Assembly (NCBI GenBank): GCA_964511805.1
Contig: CAZEIG010000001.1
Coordinates: forward strand, 1-42,328
Reading direction: 5' to 3'
DNA from: an uncultured Faecalibacterium sp.
Lineage (GTDB): Bacteria > Bacillota > Clostridia > Oscillospirales > Ruminococcaceae
DNA length: 42,328 nucleotides
Position 1 is the first letter of the stretch; each line of letters starts with the position of its first letter. This document shows, in pieces, positions 36,296 through 42,328 of this stretch. Position numbers and translations under genes: made by a program. The notes below the pieces were generated by a model. The model worked only from the letters and a program-made list of their open reading frames with translations, made no database searches and was not told the origin of the DNA.

Positions 36296-37049
36296 CTTGC
36301 TCTCCTTCCAACTGTGTATAATTCTTGACCGCGCAGAAGAAATACCGCTCGCTTGTATCGGTCAGGGGGCCAAAACTCTCCCCGTCGCAGACCGATTCGA
36401 GGGTGAAGCCGTGTTTTTCCAGCGCGGCGCGAATCTCTTCGAGGGTGTATGTATACTCACAGAATGCCTCGTGGAACCGCTCGCCGCTCTCCCGGTCGTC
36501 GATGTCCAGGTCGATCCGGACCCGCCGCCCGTCCTCTTCCAGGGTGTTCTGCCAGACGCAGCCTGCCCCCTCGTCCTCGAAGGTGAAGGTGTTGTTCCCC
36601 AGCACCTCCCGATGCTTATAGGGGGTGTTCATGTCAAAGAGGAGCACCCCGCCTTTTTCCATAAAAAAGGCGGCATTGGCGATGGCCGCATCCAACGTGG
36701 GCAGGTGGTTGAAGGTGTCGAAGGTGGACACCGCCCCCCGGATGGTGCCGTAGAGGTCGAGGCTGCACAGATCCTGCTGGAGCAAAAGCAGCCGGCCGGT
36801 CAGCTCCAGCTGGTCGGCCTTGTCCCGGACCACGCAGAGCATCTCTTCCGACTGGTCGATGGCGATCATGTCGTAGCCGGCCTGTGCCAGCATGAGGGTC
36901 AGTTCGCCGGTACCGCAGCCCAGGTCGGCCAGGATGCCGCCGGTGATCCCGTGGGCATCCAGCGCCGCCTTGACGTGGGTGTAGAGGGCGTCATAATCGG
37001 CATCCTGGTTGAAGGCGTCGTAAAAGTAGGCAAACTCATTATACGCCAT
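36288..37049 (-). CDS. Class I SAM-dependent methyltransferase
   Basis: FAYFYD, ADLGCGTG, IDQSEEML; ATG 37049 follows GGGGAG. Confidence 0.9.
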   Translation of the reverse strand: MAYNEFAYFYDAFNQDADYDALYTHVKAALDAHGITGGILADLGCGTGELTLMLAQAGYDMIAIDQSEEMLCVVRDKADQLELTGRLLLLQQDLCSLDLYGTIRGAVSTFDTFNHLPTLDAAIANAAFFMEKGGVLLFDMNTPYKHREVLGNNTFTFEDEGAGCVWQNTLEEDGRRVRIDLDIDDRESGERFHEAFCEYTYTLEEIRAALEKHGFTLESVCDGESFGPLTDTSERYFFCAVKNYTQLEGEQDG

Positions 37050-37656
37050 CGGCCTGCTCCCCGCCTGCAAGGCTCTCGGCCACGGCGTCGTCCAGGATCT
37101 TCTGCAGCGCAGGGATGCCATAGCCGCTCTCGGCGCTGGTCAAGACCACCGCCCGGCAGCCGTAAGCCAGGCAGACTTTTTCAAAGGCCTGCCGGGTCGG
37201 TTCCAGCTGGCTCTTTTTCAGCTTGTCGGCCTTGGTCAGGGCCACCACAAAGGGGACCTGGTGGTAGTGGAGGTATTTGAGCATCTGGGCGTCGTCGGCG
37301 CTGATGTCGTGGCGGCAGTCCAGCAGCTGGACCAGCAGGGTGTGGCAGCGCGCCGCGCCGAAATAGCTGTTGATTAGCTCATCCCAGCGCCGGCGGTCGG
37401 CATTGCTCACCTTGGCGTAGCCGTAGCCCGGCAGGTCGACAAAGTAGCAGCTGTCTACCTGATAGAAGTTGATGGTGGCCGTCTTGCCGGGGGTGCTGGA
37501 CACGCGGGCCAGGTTCTTCCGGTTGCACAGCTTGTTGATCAGGCTGGACTTGCCTACGTTGGACCGGCCCGAAAAGATGATCTCGGGGCGGTCACTGTCA
37601 GGCAGCTGGCTGGAAATGCCGTAGCTCGCGAGGAAGTCCGCTTTGTTGTAGTTCAT
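37039..37656 (-). CDS. engB: Ribosome biogenesis GTPase EngB/YsxC
   Basis: GRSNVGKSS, STPGKT, DLPGYG, TKADK. Confidence 0.96.
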   Translation of the reverse strand: MNYNKADFLASYGISSQLPDSDRPEIIFSGRSNVGKSSLINKLCNRKNLARVSSTPGKTATINFYQVDSCYFVDLPGYGYAKVSNADRRRWDELINSYFGAARCHTLLVQLLDCRHDISADDAQMLKYLHYHQVPFVVALTKADKLKKSQLEPTRQAFEKVCLAYGCRAVVLTSAESGYGIPALQKILDDAVAESLAGGEQADGV

Positions 37657-37677
37657 TTTTTCTCCTCACCTTGGTCT

Positions 37678-40134
37678 TCAGCAGACGACACCCTGTTGCG
37701 GCGTCTTTTCCGGCTGGGGCGGCAGGATGGCGTTGGGGGTGGTCTTGGGCTTTCTGGTGCGGGTCCGGCGGGCCGTCGACAGGGCCTTGGGCTTGAGCAG
37801 GGCGACATCCAGCACCTGTGCCAGGGTGGAGACGGGCTGGAACTTGAGGTTCTCCTTGACCTCGTCGTCCACCTCGTACAGGTCGCTCTCGTTGTCCTTG
37901 GGGATGAGGACCAGCTTCATCCCCTCCCGGTAGGCCGCCATGCTCTTTTCACGCAGGCCGCCGATGGGCAGGACGTTGCCGTGGAGGGTGATCTCACCGG
38001 TCATGGCGACATCCCCCCGCACCGGCCGGCCGGACAGACAGGAGATGAGGGCGGTGGTCAGAGTGACGCCGGCCGACGGGCCGTCCTTAGGGACGGCGCC
38101 CTCGGGAGCGTGGATGTGCAGGTCGCACTTCTTGAGCTTTTCGGTGTCGATGCCATATTCCGCCGCGTGGACCCGGGCGTAGGTGATGGCGAGCTGGGCG
38201 CTCTCCTTCATCACGTCGCCCAGGGAGCCGGTGACGGTGATCTTGCCAGAGCCGTCCTCGATCACCTGCACCTCGATGGGCAGGGTCTCGCCGCCGACGC
38301 TGGTCCAGGCCAGACCGTTGGCAATGCCGATGGCGTTGTCCCGGTTGAGGAACTCGGGCTTGACCATCCGGGGGCCGAGCAGGTCCTCCAGCATGGAGGT
38401 GGTGACTGAGACGCTCTCGGCCTCCCCTGCCGCGATCTTCCGGGCGCACTTGCGCAGAACGCTGGTGATGGTCCGTTCCAGGCTGCGGACGCCGGCCTCC
38501 CGGGTGTAGCCGTCGATCAGGCCGTAGAGGGCCCCCTGGGAGAGGGTCACCTTGCCGGTCAGGCCGCAAAACTCGAGCTGCTTGGGCAGCAGGTGCTTGC
38601 GGGCAATGTTGTACTTCTCCACACGGGTGTAACTGGGCAGCTCGATGATGTCCATACGGTCCCGCAGGGGCGCGGGGATACCGCCCAGATCGTTGGCCGT
38701 CGTGATGAAGAGGACGTGGCTCAGGTCATAGGGGATATCCAGGAAGTGGTCCTTGAAGGTATTGTTCTGCTCGGGATCGAGCGCCTCCAGCAGGGCCGCG
38801 GCCGGATCGCCCAGGAAGTCCCCTGCCAGTTTGTCGATCTCGTCCAGCAGGATGAGGGGGTTCTGGCTCTTGGCGGTGATCATGGCGCTGATGATCTTGC
38901 CGGGCATGGCGCCGATGTAGGTGCGTCGGTGGCCCCGGATCTCGGCCTCATCACGGACGCCGCCCAGGCTTAGCCGGACGTACCTCCGTCCAAGGCAGGT
39001 GGCGATCGACCGGGCGATGCTGGTCTTGCCCACGCCCGGGGGACCCACCAGACAGATGATCTGCGCCTTGACGTCGGGGGCCAGCTTCCGGACGGCCAGC
39101 ATCTCGAGGATGCGGTCCTTGACCTTTTTCAGGCCGTAGTGGTCATGGTCCAGGATCTGCTGGGCCTTCAGGATGTCCAGGTCGTCCTCGGTATAGGTAT
39201 TCCAGGGCAGGTCGAGGCAGGTATCCAGGTAGGTCCGGATGACGGTGGCCTCCTGGTTGCTGCCCTGCATCTTGGCCAGCCGGTCCACCTCTTTGAGCAG
39301 CTTCTTCTCGCTCTCCTCTTCGAGGTGGAGCGCCAGGATGCGGCGGCGGTAGTCCTCCGCCTCGGCGTGGGTGTCGTCCCCCTCGCCCAGCTCGCTGCTG
39401 ATGATGTTGAGCTGTTCGTGCAGGTAGTAATCCCGCTGGTTTTTGTCCATCGACTCGTTGACTTTGTCGCTGATCTCCTTCTCGATCTGCATGACCTGGC
39501 ATTCCCGCCGCAGGAGCCGGATCAGCTTTTCCAGCCGGCCGGCGAGGGTTCCCTCGTCCATGACGGTCTGCTTATCCTCATAGCGGAGCAGAAGGTTAGC
39601 CGGGATGTACTCGCTCAGGTAGTTGGGGTCGTCGCTGGAGACGATGGAAAAGACGACGTCCTTGGCCAGCCGGGGGCTGAGGGCAAGGTACTCGTCAAAG
39701 ACGCTCTTGAGGCTGCGGACCAGCGCCTCGGTCTCGAGAGCGTCCTCTTCCCGGGCGCCGCGGACCGGCGCCAGCTGAACGGCCGCCAGCAGGAACTTGC
39801 CGTCGTCGCTCAGGTCGGTCATGTGGGCGCGGTACTTGCCTTCTACCAGGACCCGGACCAGATCGTCCGAGACGCGCAGCACCTGCTTGATCTCGGCCAC
39901 GACGCCGTAGGCGTAGAGGTCGTCCAGGCCGGGCTCGTCGGTGTCCATCCGCTTCTGGGTGATGAGGAAGACGTTGGAGTTATTGGACATCGCCCATTCG
40001 ATGGCGGCGATGCTTTTTTCACGGCCCACTTCAAAATGAACCAGGTTGTTTGGGAAGACCACCAGCCCGCGCAGGGCAATGGCAGGAAGATGGAGCACCT
40101 GGCACTCCACCTTGATCGTAACTTTCTCAGACAT
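37678..40134 (-). CDS. lon: ATP-dependent Lon protease
   Basis: [36 protein letters not shown]; ATG 40134 follows GGGAGG. Confidence 0.97.
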   Translation of the reverse strand: MSEKVTIKVECQVLHLPAIALRGLVVFPNNLVHFEVGREKSIAAIEWAMSNNSNVFLITQKRMDTDEPGLDDLYAYGVVAEIKQVLRVSDDLVRVLVEGKYRAHMTDLSDDGKFLLAAVQLAPVRGAREEDALETEALVRSLKSVFDEYLALSPRLAKDVVFSIVSSDDPNYLSEYIPANLLLRYEDKQTVMDEGTLAGRLEKLIRLLRRECQVMQIEKEISDKVNESMDKNQRDYYLHEQLNIISSELGEGDDTHAEAEDYRRRILALHLEEESEKKLLKEVDRLAKMQGSNQEATVIRTYLDTCLDLPWNTYTEDDLDILKAQQILDHDHYGLKKVKDRILEMLAVRKLAPDVKAQIICLVGPPGVGKTSIARSIATCLGRRYVRLSLGGVRDEAEIRGHRRTYIGAMPGKIISAMITAKSQNPLILLDEIDKLAGDFLGDPAAALLEALDPEQNNTFKDHFLDIPYDLSHVLFITTANDLGGIPAPLRDRMDIIELPSYTRVEKYNIARKHLLPKQLEFCGLTGKVTLSQGALYGLIDGYTREAGVRSLERTITSVLRKCARKIAAGEAESVSVTTSMLEDLLGPRMVKPEFLNRDNAIGIANGLAWTSVGGETLPIEVQVIEDGSGKITVTGSLGDVMKESAQLAITYARVHAAEYGIDTEKLKKCDLHIHAPEGAVPKDGPSAGVTLTTALISCLSGRPVRGDVAMTGEITLHGNVLPIGGLREKSMAAYREGMKLVLIPKDNESDLYEVDDEVKENLKFQPVSTLAQVLDVALLKPKALSTARRTRTRKPKTTPNAILPPQPEKTPQQGVVC

Positions 40135-40220
40135 TGTGTGAACCTCCCACGGGCGGCGCACGGCGCGGGGCCGTCGCCGCCTTGTTTCAGGCTGTGCTTT
40201 GCAGCAGCACTGCTTTTTGT

Positions 40221-40249
40221 ATTATAGCCGCTTGCGGCGGCGGTTGCAA
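40221..40249 (-). promoter_or_regulatory. Sigma-A promoter of lon-engB-methyltransferase-hslO
   Basis: TTGCAA-17nt-TATAAT. Confidence 0.7.
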
Positions 40250-40315
40250 TGGGTCCCACTGCTTTTGCCAGAAAAGCAGGCCAGCGAAATTTTCCCATCC
40301 GCCGGCCGGCAGAGG

Positions 40316-40852
40316 CTACTGCCGCCTTTCTCTTACATTATATCCAAGCCGGGCCAGGGCGGGCAGCAGCGCCCGCAGGATCAGGGCGGTCAGGCCACCC
40401 ATCACCAGCCCCATCACCAGCATGACCGGCGCGTAATAGAGGGAGAGGGACGAGGAAATGATGACCCCGGCCCCCAGCAGCTGGCCCACGTTGTGGGCCA
40501 GGGCCCCGCAGACCGACAGGATGAACCAGGTGGGGCGGAAGGGTGAAACATCGTAGAGCAGCCACATGACCAGCAGGGAGAGCATCCCCCCGCAGAGGGA
40601 GAGGAAGCCAGCCGTGGCGCCCGACACCAGAAAGACAAAGAGCACCTTGAGCAGGTCGAGGATGAAGGCCTGTTTCGGCCCCATAAAAAGGAGGGCGTAC
40701 ATAACCACCACGTTGGCCAGCCCCAGCTTCATCCCCGGCAGCAGGCCCGGGATGGTCAGGCTGCCCTCTGCAAAGGAAAGGGCCATCGCCAAAGCGAACA
40801 GCATCCCCGAAAGGGCGATATGCCTGGTCTTTTTACGGTCGTGCTTGCGCAT
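40316..40852 (-). CDS. Gx transporter family membrane protein
   Basis: PGMKLGLANVV and GALAHNVGQL; hydrophobic throughout. Confidence 0.85.
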   Translation of the reverse strand: MRKHDRKKTRHIALSGMLFALAMALSFAEGSLTIPGLLPGMKLGLANVVVMYALLFMGPKQAFILDLLKVLFVFLVSGATAGFLSLCGGMLSLLVMWLLYDVSPFRPTWFILSVCGALAHNVGQLLGAGVIISSSLSLYYAPVMLVMGLVMGGLTALILRALLPALARLGYNVRERRQ

Positions 40853-40872
40853 GGGCTGCCTCCTGCGGGGCG

Positions 40873-42327
40873 TCAGGCCCCGGCTTCTTCGCTCTCAAGG
40901 GATCGTTCGTACTGTTCCTGCTCTTCTACGGCGGCTTCCCAGGCGGCGAACAGCTCCTCCTGATGGAAGCGCAGGTCCTCCAGCTCATCGCTCTTCTGAC
41001 GGAGCAGCTGGGGATCGTTGTAGACCTCGGGGGAGTTGATCTCGTTGTCCAGCTCCACTTCCCGGGCGCCGCACCGCTCCATCTCCTCCTCACAGGACTT
41101 GATCTTGGCCCGCAGCTCGGCCCGGCGGCGGCGCTGTTCCTTCCCGTAGCCGGCCTTGGCGGGCTCGGCCCTGGCCGGGACGGCGGCGTCCGGGGATGTC
41201 CGGCCCATCAGGGCGTCGTAGCTGGGGTAGATGGTGGCCTTGCCGTCTTCCAGATAGAGGATGGGACAGGCCAGGCTGTTCATCAGATGGCGGTCGTGGG
41301 TGACCAGCAGCAGGGTGCCAGTGTAGGCCATCAGGGCCTCGGTCAGATTCTCCCGGGTATAGATGTCGAGGTGGTTGGTGGGCTCGTCCAGAAAGAGAAG
41401 GTTGGGCCGCTCGAGGACGACCTCGGCAAAGCGGAGCCGGGCCAGTTCGCCGCCCGACAGGGAGGAACACTCCTTAAAAACGGTCTCCCCTCGGAAGCCC
41501 AGAAGGGCCAGATGGCTGCGGACCTCCAGCTCGGTCATCTGGGGGTACTTGTCCCAGATGGCGTCGATGACCCGGCCCGCGCCGGCCCGGACCTGCTGCT
41601 GTTCAAAGATGCTGGGCCGTGCACCGGTGCCCAGCCGGACCATCCCGCCCGAGGGCCGCCGCTTGCCGTCCAGCACCTGCATCAGAGTGGACTTGCCGGC
41701 GCCGTTGAGACCGGCGATGACCAGCCGCTGGCCGCGGCAGACGGTGTAGGTGAAGGGTTCCAGCAGGACCCGCTCCCCGATCCGGATGGTCAGGTTTTTC
41801 ATGATGACCAGCTCGTTCCAGGGCTCCACGTCGTAGGTGAAGCGGAAGTTGAGCCGGTTGGTCTCATCCTTGGGGGCCTCGGTGATCTCCAGCTTTTCGA
41901 GCTGCTTGCGGCGGCTCTGGGCCATCTTGGTGGTGGAGGCCCGGACCAGGTTGCGGTCGATGTAGTCCTGCAGCTTTTCGGCCAGGGCCACATCGGCGTC
42001 GTGCTGTTTCCGGCGCAGGGCGTCGGCGGCCTCCTTCTGGGGCAGATAGGCCGAAAAGTTGCCCTTGTAGGTGGTCATAGTCTGGCCAGAGACCTCCCAG
42101 ATCCTGGTACAGACATGGTCGAGGAAGTAGCGGTCATGGCTGACCACCAGCACCGCGCCGGAATAGCCCTTGAGGTAATTTTCCAGCCACTCCATGGTGG
42201 CAAAGTCCAGATGGTTGGTGGGCTCGTCCAGGATCAGGATGTCCGGCTTTTCCAGCAGGAGTTTGGCGATCCGCAGCCTTGTCAGCTCGCCGCCCGACAA
42301 AACGCCCACGTTCTTTTCCCAGGTATC
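40873..42327 (-). CDS. ABC-F family ATPase (5'-truncated by window edge)
   Basis: Two LSGGE/DEPTNHLD sets, SHDRYFL, inter-ABC linker, C-terminal coiled coil, no TM segments. Confidence 0.93.
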   Translation of the reverse strand, partial: DTWEKNVGVLSGGELTRLRIAKLLLEKPDILILDEPTNHLDFATMEWLENYLKGYSGAVLVVSHDRYFLDHVCTRIWEVSGQTMTTYKGNFSAYLPQKEAADALRRKQHDADVALAEKLQDYIDRNLVRASTTKMAQSRRKQLEKLEITEAPKDETNRLNFRFTYDVEPWNELVIMKNLTIRIGERVLLEPFTYTVCRGQRLVIAGLNGAGKSTLMQVLDGKRRPSGGMVRLGTGARPSIFEQQQVRAGAGRVIDAIWDKYPQMTELEVRSHLALLGFRGETVFKECSSLSGGELARLRFAEVVLERPNLLFLDEPTNHLDIYTRENLTEALMAYTGTLLLVTHDRHLMNSLACPILYLEDGKATIYPSYDALMGRTSPDAAVPARAEPAKAGYGKEQRRRRAELRAKIKSCEEEMERCGAREVELDNEINSPEVYNDPQLLRQKSDELEDLRFHQEELFAAWEAAVEEQEQYERSLESEEAGA

Positions 42328-42328
42328 C

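Overview
High-GC Clostridia-type chromosomal segment; gene content and order suggest an Oscillospiraceae/Ruminococcaceae gut bacterium (inference). Left (1-6741, all + strand): partial radA, a XerC/D-family tyrosine recombinase and a tightly packed, partly decayed run of small accessory genes and gene remnants. At 6844-6871 there is a near-symmetric 11-6-11 dif-like site that also resembles loxP. Gene orientation flips there, suggesting the replication terminus. Right (almost all - strand): (i) a six-gene polyamine operon (speA-like decarboxylase, speE, carboxyspermidine dehydrogenase, nspC, aguA, aguB) behind a ~400-nt structured leader with an attenuator, probably the ldcC RNA motif; (ii) a 12-gene operon (Liv-type ABC transporter, CMK-like protein, D-amino-acid transaminase, DUF4392, pxpB, pxpC, DUF1445, pxpA) with an ANTAR-like double-terminator leader, a candidate D-glutamate/5-oxoproline pathway; (iii) core genes (amidase, mutS2, recO, yqzL, era, ybeY, phoH, tRNA-Thr, hslO, methyltransferase, engB, lon, Gx transporter, partial ABC-F), with frameshifted or deleted sporulation genes ylbJ and yqfD. 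No CRISPR array, transposase or prophage was seen. All calls come from reading motifs by eye; no searches were run.
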